Source: an uncultured bacterium
Lineage (GTDB): Bacteria > Actinomycetota > Acidimicrobiia > Spongiisociales > UBA5794
Length of the DNA: 64,000 nt
NCBI GenBank assembly: GCA_963801165.1
Contig: CAWDDT010000005.1
Coordinates: forward strand, 448,001-512,000
Direction: 5' to 3'
Shown in pieces: positions 30,883 to 39,466 of the stretch. The notes beneath the pieces were generated by a model, which made no database searches, was not told the origin of the DNA, and saw only the letters and a program-made list of their open reading frames with translations. The position numbers were made by a program, and so were the translations under genes. The stretch's first letter is position 1. Every line of letters starts with the position of its first letter.

Positions 30883-32775
30883 GTGATTCACAGCCGGCAC
30901 ACGTGGTTCGCGTTCGCCGTTTCGGCCGGAGCCGCGCTGACGCTCACCAGCGCCGCGACTCTCCTCCTCGCCCTACGTCAAGCGAAGCTCCTCGAGACCG
31001 CGATCCTGATGTTCGTTGTCGGCGCGCTCTCATGGTGGTGGGCAGTCATGCTCGCCTTTTCCGCCGATCAGTCGGAACCGCTGACGGTGGGTCAGACGCG
31101 TGCCGGGGCGGGGCTCGCCGCCACCGTCACCGCCGTTGTCTCGCTCGCCCCCGACCCGAACCGGCTCGGCCGGCTCCAACTCACGGTTCTCGGAGCCGCC
31201 GCTCTTCTCGTGATCGCCACCGTTCTCAGCCCGTGGCTGGTGCGACGAGGCTACGGCGACCGCCTGCTGCATCTGCTGGGACGCAGGTCGCTGCCGGCAC
31301 CGGTGACCCTCACCGGTGAAGACCGGGATCGGCGTGAGCTGCTGTGGGGTCTGGTCATAGTGGCTGTTGCGGCCCTGGCATTCTTCTGGCTGGTCACCGG
31401 CGGTCCTCTTGGACACGACGAGAGCACCTATGCGCTCAAAGCGCGCGCGTGGCGGGAAGGCACGCCCACAACCGGCTACGGTGTCCACCGGCCGGTCGGA
31501 ATGGCCGGGGTCGCCTGGGTCGTGTTGGGCTTTGCCGATGCCGAAGGCGGGCTGCGGATGCTCGCCGCCGCCGTATCGGTACTGACGATCGTGCTCGTGT
31601 GGCGTGCCGGCAGGGCGCTGCTGTCGCCTGGCGCTGCTCTACTTGCGGCCGCACTACTCGTTGAGGCACCGTCGTTCCTTCGCCGCGCGGCTGAGTTTCT
31701 CAACGATATCGCCACCACTGCTTTGGTCGTGCTGATTATCTACCTGCTCTGGCGCCACTTCGAAGAGCGCGCCACCAACCGATGGGAAGTCGTCCTGGTG
31801 GCCCCACTCGCCGCCGCTGCCTTCTACCTCCGGTACGGCGTCGTGTCTACGTACCTGGTCGTGCTTCTGGTTGGCGGCGTCGTCTGGCGCAAGAAGATCG
31901 CCGCGTCTATAGGTCCTCTACTCATCACGGCAGCGGGACTGGTCCTCCTGATCGTCCCCCACGTCGTGTATGCGATCGGCACAACCGGATCACCGGTCGG
32001 GATCCTCACTGCGGCTACAAGCACCGCAGGACGTGCGTACTTCGGCGAGGGTCTCGTCACATATGTCAGATGGTTGCCGATCGAACTTGCCGGTCCGCTG
32101 CTCGGCCCGGTAGTTGCGGTCGGCGCTCTGGCCACGATCGCGGCGCTCGTTGGTCGCAACAAGGGCGAGAGCCGGCGTCGGCGGACCATCCTCCTTCTGG
32201 GCGGGATCGGAGCAGGTCATCTCGCGCTGACCGGGTTGTTCGTCCACGCCGAGCAACGGTATGTCTTCCTGTCAATAGCGTTGCTCGGGTTGGTTGGGGC
32301 CCAAGCCATCCTCGACGGCGGGGCCCGGCTCGAGGCAACGATGCGGCGCACCACCGGAATCGCTGCCCTCGCCCTCCTTCTTCTGTTGACCGCCGTCGAT
32401 GTGACCAGGGCGCATACGAACCTCCGAGATGTCGCGGCGGACCGGGTCGTGATCGAGGACGCCGGCGAGGCGATCGCTGAGGCCGCCGATGCCGATTGCC
32501 TGGTCATGACTTCGTATCTGCCTCAGGTCACCTGGTATTCGAGTTGCGCCACGACGGCCTTTGACCTGGAGTCGGTGCCCCGGCCTCTCGTTGAAGGCCT
32601 AGCGATCACCGATTTCCTGCTCTTCTTCGATAACGGGAAACGCCAGCCCGAGGGCCGGGTGCTCGAGGGGTACCTCAATGACATCCCCGAGCAATTAGTC
32701 GTTACTATCGACGACGCTGGTGCAGTCGGTGATGCCCATATCCACCGCGTGGAAGGAAAGACGGGAGATGGCTGA
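30883..32775 (+). CDS. GT-C (ArnT/PMT-like, GT39/83) multi-TM glycosyltransferase
   Basis: HDESTY acidic loop, HRPVG, EFLND and EQRY motifs; many TM helices; adjacent GT2 gene. Confidence 0.8.
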   Translation: MIHSRHTWFAFAVSAGAALTLTSAATLLLALRQAKLLETAILMFVVGALSWWWAVMLAFSADQSEPLTVGQTRAGAGLAATVTAVVSLAPDPNRLGRLQLTVLGAAALLVIATVLSPWLVRRGYGDRLLHLLGRRSLPAPVTLTGEDRDRRELLWGLVIVAVAALAFFWLVTGGPLGHDESTYALKARAWREGTPTTGYGVHRPVGMAGVAWVVLGFADAEGGLRMLAAAVSVLTIVLVWRAGRALLSPGAALLAAALLVEAPSFLRRAAEFLNDIATTALVVLIIYLLWRHFEERATNRWEVVLVAPLAAAAFYLRYGVVSTYLVVLLVGGVVWRKKIAASIGPLLITAAGLVLLIVPHVVYAIGTTGSPVGILTAATSTAGRAYFGEGLVTYVRWLPIELAGPLLGPVVAVGALATIAALVGRNKGESRRRRTILLLGGIGAGHLALTGLFVHAEQRYVFLSIALLGLVGAQAILDGGARLEATMRRTTGIAALALLLLLTAVDVTRAHTNLRDVAADRVVIEDAGEAIAEAADADCLVMTSYLPQVTWYSSCATTAFDLESVPRPLVEGLAITDFLLFFDNGKRQPEGRVLEGYLNDIPEQLVVTIDDAGAVGDAHIHRVEGKTGDG

Positions 32776-33517
32776 CACTCCCGAAGTCAGCATCGTCATC
32801 CCCGCTTACAACGAGGAAGTCAGGTTGGGCGACACTCTCGACGAGCTGGCCGCTCTCGCCGGAACCGAGCAGTGGGACCTGGAGGTCTTGGTGGTCGACG
32901 ATGGCTCGACGGATCGCACCGCAGGGATCGCAGCCGAGCACCTCACAAGTTTCTCTGCCGGCCGTGTTGTCCCCACTAGCCGCAACCGGGGCAAAGGTCA
33001 TGCGGTACGGGTGGGCATGCTGGCCGCCCACGGGAGAAGGCGCTTGTTCATGGACGCAGATGGTTCGACCGCTCTCGATGAGATCCCGCGCTTTCTCGAG
33101 CGCTCCGCGCAGGTGGCGGGTGACCACGTCCTCATCGGCTCGATCGCTGTTCCCGGGGCGACCGTCGCACCGCAGCCCTGGTACCGCCAGACCGCCGGGA
33201 GGCTCGCCAACTGGCTCATCCGGCTGCTCGTGCTCCCCGGTATCAAGGACAGCCAGCGTGGCTTCAAGCTCTTCACGGCGCACGCCGCCGAGGAAGTCTT
33301 CGGCCGGTGTGAGATCGACGGTTGGCTGTTCGACGTCGAGGTGCTCACCCTCGCCCGCCGCCTCGACATCCCGGTTATCGAGATACCGGTGACCTGGGAA
33401 CACCGCGAGGCGAGCCGCGTCTCGCTGCGCTCCTATGGCCAGACACTGACCGATCTCGTGCGCATCCGGTGGCGGATCTCCCGCGGTCACTACGGCACCA
33501 GGCAACCGCGCCGCTGA
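32768..33517 (+). CDS. Polyprenyl-phosphate glycosyltransferase (GT2, dolichyl-phosphate glucosyltransferase-like)
   Basis: IVIPAYNEE, VDDGSTD, NRGKG, FMDAD, DSQRGFK and FDVEVL motifs. Confidence 0.92.
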   Translation: MADTPEVSIVIPAYNEEVRLGDTLDELAALAGTEQWDLEVLVVDDGSTDRTAGIAAEHLTSFSAGRVVPTSRNRGKGHAVRVGMLAAHGRRRLFMDADGSTALDEIPRFLERSAQVAGDHVLIGSIAVPGATVAPQPWYRQTAGRLANWLIRLLVLPGIKDSQRGFKLFTAHAAEEVFGRCEIDGWLFDVEVLTLARRLDIPVIEIPVTWEHREASRVSLRSYGQTLTDLVRIRWRISRGHYGTRQPRR

Positions 33518-33551
33518 GGGCCGAAGACGCGATGCGTCGTTTGGGCCTCTC
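33516..33551 (+). terminator. GC-rich stem-loop after the GT2 gene
   Basis: GAGGGCCGAAGACGC-GAT-GCGTCGTTTGGGCCTCTC imperfect hairpin with no U-tract. Confidence 0.4.
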
Positions 33552-33694
33552 GGGCCTCTATATCATCGGGATGTCTTCACTGAAGGCATGAGGGAGATCT
33601 GTACCGCCACGGGCATTGACAGCGCTGATCTCCCCGCATCGGATCGGCCGCGACATGGCGACCCGCACGCAATCGAGAGAAAGTCAACCGGGCC

Positions 33695-34558
33695 GTGACT
33701 CTGAAAGTAGCCCAGGGGCACCTCAACGACGTAATACGGTTCAGTGCTGTCGACGGACCTGGCAACCGCTTTGTCGTTCTCCTCCAGGGCTGCAACTTCA
33801 ACTGCATCGCGTGCCATAAGCCCCACGCAATCAACCAGTGCGACAGCTGTGGTCTATGTGTCGAACCCTGTCCCGAGATGGCCCTCTATTACGATGGTCA
33901 CCACCGCGTCGTGGTCGACAGCGACGAGTGCACCAACTGCGCCATCTGCCTCGACGTATGCCCAAGCGACAGCACCCCGCTGAGCCAGATGATCCGTCTT
34001 GACAGTCTCACACGACAGATTGCCGACGTGGCTCATTTTCTCTCCGGGGTCACCATCTCGGGTGGTGAGCCGACGCTCCAGGCCGATTTCGTTGCCAGCC
34101 TGTTCTGCGCCATCAAATGCGATGACAACCTGTCCCGCCTCACGACGTTCGTCGATTCGAACGGTCACGCCAGCCGGCAGGTCTGGGACCGTGTCCTCCC
34201 CGTCATGGATGGAGCCATGATCGACCTCAAGGCCCTCGACCAGGAAACGCATGTCGCCATGACCGGCCAGCCCAACACGCTGGTCCTCGACACGATCCGC
34301 TACCTCGCCGAATGGGACCGCCTCTACGAGGTCCGCCTGCTGATGGTCCCCGGTAAGAACGACGACCCGGCGACGGTCGAGAGGACCGCACGCTGGCTTC
34401 ACAACGTCGACCCCTCGTTGCGGATCAAGCTGATCGGATTCGACAACAAAGGGGTACGTAGTCAATTTGCCCACGTCCCGAGCGCCGACCCGGCCATGAT
34501 CGCTCTGCTCGCCGATATCATCCGCGGCGTAGGCTTCGAGGACCTTATTGTGGCCTGA
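33695..34558 (+). CDS. YjjW-family glycyl-radical enzyme activase (radical SAM with a ferredoxin insert)
   Basis: SAVDGPGNR, GCNFNCIACH, two CxxCxxCxxxCP motifs, SGGEPTLQ, DSNG and MIDLK. Confidence 0.88.
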   Translation: MTLKVAQGHLNDVIRFSAVDGPGNRFVVLLQGCNFNCIACHKPHAINQCDSCGLCVEPCPEMALYYDGHHRVVVDSDECTNCAICLDVCPSDSTPLSQMIRLDSLTRQIADVAHFLSGVTISGGEPTLQADFVASLFCAIKCDDNLSRLTTFVDSNGHASRQVWDRVLPVMDGAMIDLKALDQETHVAMTGQPNTLVLDTIRYLAEWDRLYEVRLLMVPGKNDDPATVERTARWLHNVDPSLRIKLIGFDNKGVRSQFAHVPSADPAMIALLADIIRGVGFEDLIVA

Positions 34559-34576
34559 GCGGTCACCCCGAAGTCC

Positions 34577-34604
34577 TCAAGGAACCATCTGAAGGACCCG
34601 ATTT
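34577..34604 (+). promoter_or_regulatory. Sigma28/WhiG-like promoter P3 (TCAA-N16-CCCGATTT), 6 nt before the GTG start, so probably leaderless
   Basis: Same geometry as P1, P2 and P4. Confidence 0.5.
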
Positions 34605-34610
34605 CATCAA

Positions 34611-35360
34611 GTGCAACGATTTACCGGCAGCGCATACCTAATCGACGATCCCGACAGTGTATTTACCGCCGAAGTCGATCTCGACTTGAACCGCATCACG
34701 GTCAAAGCCGACGGGACCGAGATCGGCTCGTGGAAGCAGGCCGACGTCACCGTTGCCAGGACGAAGGACCGGGTGCACCTCACTGCAGACGGGGACACAC
34801 TGGTACTCGATCTCGAGGCGCGGGACTTCTTCCTCGACATGTTCAACGTCGACGAAGCGCAGCCTACGAAGCGGCGCCGAAGGCGGGCCGCTGCGCCCGA
34901 TTATGAAGCCGAGGGTCGCAAGCCGTTCAGCCTGGCCGACGTCAAGACGCAGATGCTCGAGGACACAGCCGACCAGATCGACCAGCGTGTCGCGGGGCTG
35001 ATGGCCGCCGCAGCCGTGGCGGTCCTCCTCGGTGCTGCCCTCACCTGGGGGCCGTTCCGGTTGCTCGACCCGGGCAGCTTCCCCATCGGGCGGATCCTGG
35101 CCGCATTTGGCGGTCTTGGTGGTCTGGTCGGCGTCTACCTCGCCTACTTCGACCGGAGCCGGGTCACGGGTTCGGCGGCTGCCATCGCCGCTGGCCTTGT
35201 CACCTTCTGCATCTTGTACCTGTACGCCCGGGCCGCCCACTTGGGCATCGGTTTCGTGTTGGCACTGCTCGGATCGCAGGCTCTCATTGCCGCAGGCGTC
35301 GTCGGGATGCTACGTCGCTCGTCTTCCGACGACTCGTCCGCGGACGATCCGGAGGAGTGA
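34611..35360 (+). CDS. Hypothetical protein with a beta-rich N-terminal domain and 4 TM helices
   Basis: 249-aa ORF filling the gap between neighbours; protein-like composition. Confidence 0.7.
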   Translation: MQRFTGSAYLIDDPDSVFTAEVDLDLNRITVKADGTEIGSWKQADVTVARTKDRVHLTADGDTLVLDLEARDFFLDMFNVDEAQPTKRRRRRAAAPDYEAEGRKPFSLADVKTQMLEDTADQIDQRVAGLMAAAAVAVLLGAALTWGPFRLLDPGSFPIGRILAAFGGLGGLVGVYLAYFDRSRVTGSAAAIAAGLVTFCILYLYARAAHLGIGFVLALLGSQALIAAGVVGMLRRSSSDDSSADDPEE

Positions 35361-35364
35361 GTCC

Positions 35365-36765
35365 CTAGCCGCTCACACTTCGGAATCGAGCCCACCACTC
35401 ATCCAGAAGCCGATACGCTTCTTCGGGTTCGTAGGGGCCGTGCTCGAGCCGGTGTTCGAGAAGCATCCTCATCGCCCGCCCGACATCGGGCCCCGGTTGG
35501 ATGTCGAGGTGCGTCATCACGTCGTTGCCGTCGATCGGCGGCCGCATCGCGTCGAGCTCCTCCCGCTTGCGCAGCTCCGTGATCCTCTCCTCCATATCGT
35601 CGATACGTCGGGAGATCGCATTCGCCCGTCTCTTGTTGCCCGTAGTCACGTCACATCGGACCAGCTCGTTCAGCCTGGGGAGCAACGGGCCGGCGTCGCG
35701 CACGTAACGGCGCACCGCCGAATCTGTCCAGCCCAGCTTGTACGTGTGCGGGCGCATGTGCAAGAAGACGAGCTGTGACACGTCCTTGATGGTCTCGTTG
35801 GGAAACCGCAGCTCACGCATCCGCTGCCGCGCCATCCGTGCCCCCACCACCTCGTGATGATGAAAGGTGACGACCCCCTTTGACCCGTACTCCCTGGTCG
35901 CCGGCTTGCCGACGTCGTGAAAGAGAGCAGCCAGCCGGAGCGTCTCATCAGGCGACGCCTTGGCAACCACGGCAATCGTGTGCGCCAGCACGTCCTTGTG
36001 ATGATGAACGGGATCCTGCTCGAGCTCGAGGGCGATCAACTCGGGTAGGAACTCCTCGGCAAGCCGGGTGCGGACCAGACCCCAGAGCGCCTCCTCGACA
36101 AAGGTGCCTGTGATCAGCTTCGCCAGCTCGTCTCTGACACGCTCGCGCGAGACGATGGCGAGACGCTCCCGCATCCTGGACACCGCGTCTTCTGCATTCG
36201 GGTCGGCGGTGAAGCCGAACGTGGACACGAACCGGTACAGACGGAGCATGCGCAGCGGGTCGTCACCGAACGACACCTCCGGATCGATCGGCGTGCGCAG
36301 CAACTGTGTCGCCAGGTCGGCCAGACCCCCATACGGGTCGACCATCTCCGGGGCGTCGTCCCCGGTCAGCCGGATGGCCATCGTATTCACGGTGAAATCG
36401 CGCCGGGAGAGGTCGGCCTCGATGTTGTCGGAGAACTCCACGTGTGGCTTGCGGCTGTCCTCCCGATAGACGTCACTGCGGAAAGTCGTGACCTCGTACC
36501 GCTCCCCGCCTTTCGTCGCCCCGATGGTGCCAAAGGCCTCCCCCACCCGGAACACATTGTCGGCCCACCCGGCAAGAAGGTCGGCGGTATCGGCCGGCCG
36601 GGCGTCGGTGGCGAAGTCCAGGTCCTTGGTAGCAGCATCGAGAAAAGCGTCGCGAACGCTTCCCCCGACCAGATACAGCTCATGACCGGCTGCGGCGAAA
36701 CGCTCCCCCAGGCTACGAATCGCGGAGCCGTCTGCGAGCAGTGGATCGAGCCGTGCGGGGATCAT
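35365..36765 (-). CDS. cca: CCA tRNA nucleotidyltransferase with HD domain
   Basis: LVGGSVRD, DLDFAT, DLSRRDFTVN, DDPLRMLR and LFHDVGKP motifs. Confidence 0.93.
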   Translation of the reverse strand: MIPARLDPLLADGSAIRSLGERFAAAGHELYLVGGSVRDAFLDAATKDLDFATDARPADTADLLAGWADNVFRVGEAFGTIGATKGGERYEVTTFRSDVYREDSRKPHVEFSDNIEADLSRRDFTVNTMAIRLTGDDAPEMVDPYGGLADLATQLLRTPIDPEVSFGDDPLRMLRLYRFVSTFGFTADPNAEDAVSRMRERLAIVSRERVRDELAKLITGTFVEEALWGLVRTRLAEEFLPELIALELEQDPVHHHKDVLAHTIAVVAKASPDETLRLAALFHDVGKPATREYGSKGVVTFHHHEVVGARMARQRMRELRFPNETIKDVSQLVFLHMRPHTYKLGWTDSAVRRYVRDAGPLLPRLNELVRCDVTTGNKRRANAISRRIDDMEERITELRKREELDAMRPPIDGNDVMTHLDIQPGPDVGRAMRMLLEHRLEHGPYEPEEAYRLLDEWWARFRSVSG

Positions 36766-37343
36766 GTCTCCCGCCATCTCGCCGCCAGCCTGTCGGCGTA
36801 CTCGTTCCATTTGAAACCGACGTGAGCCTTGATCCATTGCAGCTCGAGCTCTGGTCGCCTCCGGTATCCGTGATAGACCGGCTCGACCAGGTCGCGGTTC
36901 TCGACGGGCCCCGTTTTTCGCTTCCAGCCGCGCTTCTCCCAACCAGGTGCCCATTCGGTGATTGTGCGTACCGCCAGATTCGAGTCCGAGTACACGGTAA
37001 TGGCCGTGCCTTCCGGGACCACCTCGAGGGCGACCAGCAATGCCGTCAGCTCCATCCGGTTGTTGGTCGTATCGGGGTCATGACCAAACCGCTCGGCGAC
37101 GATCTCATCGTCGACGACGTAGACAACACCCCACCCCCCTGGTCCCGGGTTGGGAACCGAGCTGCCGTCGGTGAATACGCCCGTATGCGGGTCGGTGACC
37201 TGATCGGGCGGCTTGGCATTGCGAGCGGGTGCCCCGTGCCGGCAGTTGCGACATTGCCGGGGAACCCAACCTGGATACCGATCCAGGATGTGCTGCGGCA
37301 GCAAGAACGCGGCTCCGCAATCGCGACAGACAAACTCGGGCAT
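36762..37343 (-). CDS. rnhA: Ribonuclease HI with an N-terminal CxxC...CxxC zinc ribbon
   Basis: FTDGSSVPNPGPGGWG, TTNNRMEL, SDS and WIKAHVGFKWNEYAD motifs; N-terminus CRDC-x21-CRNC. Confidence 0.92.
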   Translation of the reverse strand: MPEFVCRDCGAAFLLPQHILDRYPGWVPRQCRNCRHGAPARNAKPPDQVTDPHTGVFTDGSSVPNPGPGGWGVVYVVDDEIVAERFGHDPDTTNNRMELTALLVALEVVPEGTAITVYSDSNLAVRTITEWAPGWEKRGWKRKTGPVENRDLVEPVYHGYRRRPELELQWIKAHVGFKWNEYADRLAARWRET

Positions 37344-37446
37344 GCCAGAAGCGTAATGCCTCCGCACCCTCGGGTAGCGGGTAGGGTTCGGGGCTCTGGA
37401 AAACCCTGCCTTGGCTTCCTGTGAGCCCCGGACCCGGACCCTCTCT

Positions 37447-38535
37447 TCAGGCTGTGCGCAAGCCCGACTTTTGGGCCGCCATCCTGAAATCTGAGGGATG
37501 AGAGGCATTGTTGAGTGCCTCTTCGAAGGTGATCGTGCCTTCGCGGAACATGGCGAGCAGACTCTGGTCGAACGTCTTCATCCCGTAGTAGGCCCCCTCC
37601 GCCATGACTTCCTCGAGACGACCGGTCCGATCCGGGTCCATGACATAGTCGAACGTGCGATCAGTGTGCGTCAGTACCTCGAACGCAGGTATCCGTCCCG
37701 ACCCGTCTGCCGCGGCGACCAGACGCTGACTCAGGATCATCTTGAGGTTGCGACCGAGCCGCAGCCTCATCTGGTGGTGACGGTGGGGCTCGAAGACCTC
37801 GACCAATCGAGTGACGGTCTCAGTCGCATCGTTGGTGTACATGGCGGCTAGGACCAGATGCCCGGTCTCGGCGGCATAGAAGGCTGCCTCGATCGTCTCG
37901 GCGTCCTGCAGCTCGCTGACCATGATCACGTTGGGATCCTGGCGCAGGATCCGCCTCAGCCCGTCGGGGAAGTTGGCGGCATCGACACCGATCTCACGCT
38001 GGCTGACGATGGCCATCTTGTCCCGATGAACTGTCTCGATGGGATCTTCCAGGGTGACGATGCTGACCCGTCGCGACGAGTTGATCTCATCGACCATTGC
38101 GTTCAGGCTCGTCGTCTTGCCGGAACCGGATGAGCCGGTGACCAGCACGAGACCGCGTTCCTGTTTACAGACCCGCCCCACAGGTTCGGGGAGACCGAGT
38201 TCGACAAACCCCTTGCTTCCCGACACAACGGCCCGCACCACGAGGGCAATGGAGCCGCGCTGCCTGTAGATGTTCATCCGGAACCGACCCAGACTGGCCG
38301 AACCGTGGCCGAAGTCGACCTCGCCGTCACGAGCGAAAGTCTCCCGCGCCTTGTCGTCCATCAGGGCCTGCGACCACTCCTCGGTATCCTCGGTCTTGAT
38401 CTTGGGCAGCTCGGAGAAATGGAGGTGCCCATCGATCCGATATGCCGGCGGCGATCCGACCTTCAGGTGCAGATCGGAGGCCCCGATCTCGGCGAGTTTC
38501 CCGAGAAGGGCGTCAAGTGTCGGCAATCGATCCAT
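37447..38535 (-). CDS. pilT: PilT/PilU family type IV pilus ATPase with divergent motifs
   Basis: ASDLHL, RFRMNIYRQRG, GSGKTTS, TLEDPIE, QREIG, AETGHLV and GMKTFDQSL motifs. Confidence 0.85.
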   Translation of the reverse strand: MDRLPTLDALLGKLAEIGASDLHLKVGSPPAYRIDGHLHFSELPKIKTEDTEEWSQALMDDKARETFARDGEVDFGHGSASLGRFRMNIYRQRGSIALVVRAVVSGSKGFVELGLPEPVGRVCKQERGLVLVTGSSGSGKTTSLNAMVDEINSSRRVSIVTLEDPIETVHRDKMAIVSQREIGVDAANFPDGLRRILRQDPNVIMVSELQDAETIEAAFYAAETGHLVLAAMYTNDATETVTRLVEVFEPHRHHQMRLRLGRNLKMILSQRLVAAADGSGRIPAFEVLTHTDRTFDYVMDPDRTGRLEEVMAEGAYYGMKTFDQSLLAMFREGTITFEEALNNASHPSDFRMAAQKSGLRTA

Positions 38536-38595
38536 ATCTCTATCCCTCAGCGACTATAGGTAGCGACCCCCGCCACCCTCCGTAGTATCAACAAC

Positions 38596-38623
38596 CTATC
38601 GGTCGGACCGGGCGGGCACTTGA
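38596..38623 (-). promoter_or_regulatory. Sigma28/WhiG-like promoter P4 upstream of pilT (TCAA-N16-ACCGATAG)
   Basis: Minus strand reads TTCAAGTGCCCGCCCGGTCCGACCGATAG. Confidence 0.6.
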
Positions 38624-38718
38624 ACGTTGGCTGTGATCCTCCTTTGCTGCGGCCGACATGCCTCCGAACGCGGTTAACTTGGTGGGTAGCACCGACTGGT
38701 TGCGAAGGATCGAGACCG

Positions 38719-39456
38719 ATGGCTCTAACCGATCAGCCGGCCACCGTTACCCAGCGGGGAACCTGGCCAGGACAGATCACGCTGCGGCGTGGATGGGCGC
38801 GCGCCGAGGCTCGCCCCTGGAACGACGACGAGCCTCAGGCCGCTCTCCGCATGCTGCGCGGTGGGTCTTCGTTTCTCGAGGCATGCTCGGGGCGTCTCCT
38901 CCAGCTCGGCGCCACCGGAGTGATCTCCCCACCGTTGCCGCTTTCGGCGCAACGGTCCTGGATCCAGGCAGGATTCGCGCCCTTCATCGAGCTCGCCTTG
39001 ATGCGCAAATCGCTCGACAAGCCCACGGGCTCCCCCGACCATCTCGTTGCGGAAAAACCGCAAGTCGATCTCGACGAGCTGCTCGAGATCGACGCCGGTG
39101 CGTTCTCGCCCTTCTGGCGTTTCAACCGCGGCGCCCTGGAAGAGGCCATCGGTGCCACCTCCCGGTCGACCACACTCACCATCGTGGACAGCTCGGGTAC
39201 CGCCATCGCATATGCGGTGGTCGGATTTGGCAGCGCCATTGCGTACCTGCAGCGCGTTGCCGTCCGCCCCAACTGGCAAGGTCAGGGGATGGGGCGCTCG
39301 TTGGTGAGGGTGGTCGCTCGCAAGGCTCGCACCGCAGGGGCGAAGGTGCTGCTCCTCAACACACAGACAGACAACGTCTCGGCGATCGGGCTGTACGAGG
39401 ACGAGGGTTTTGTCCGCTTGCCGGAACCTCTGTCGTTGTTGCGCGTCTCCGGCTGA
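38719..39456 (+). CDS. GNAT family N-acetyltransferase
   Basis: LQRVAVRPNWQGQGMG and NVSAIGLYEDEGF motifs. Confidence 0.88.
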   Translation: MALTDQPATVTQRGTWPGQITLRRGWARAEARPWNDDEPQAALRMLRGGSSFLEACSGRLLQLGATGVISPPLPLSAQRSWIQAGFAPFIELALMRKSLDKPTGSPDHLVAEKPQVDLDELLEIDAGAFSPFWRFNRGALEEAIGATSRSTTLTIVDSSGTAIAYAVVGFGSAIAYLQRVAVRPNWQGQGMGRSLVRVVARKARTAGAKVLLLNTQTDNVSAIGLYEDEGFVRLPEPLSLLRVSG

Positions 39457-39466
39457 TCGGACTGCG

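Noticed and set aside
37384-37435. Long hairpin between pilT and rnhA as SRP RNA or a riboswitch
   Set aside because: It lacks the SRP helix-8 motif and any aptamer consensus I recognise; more likely a terminator or stability hairpin.
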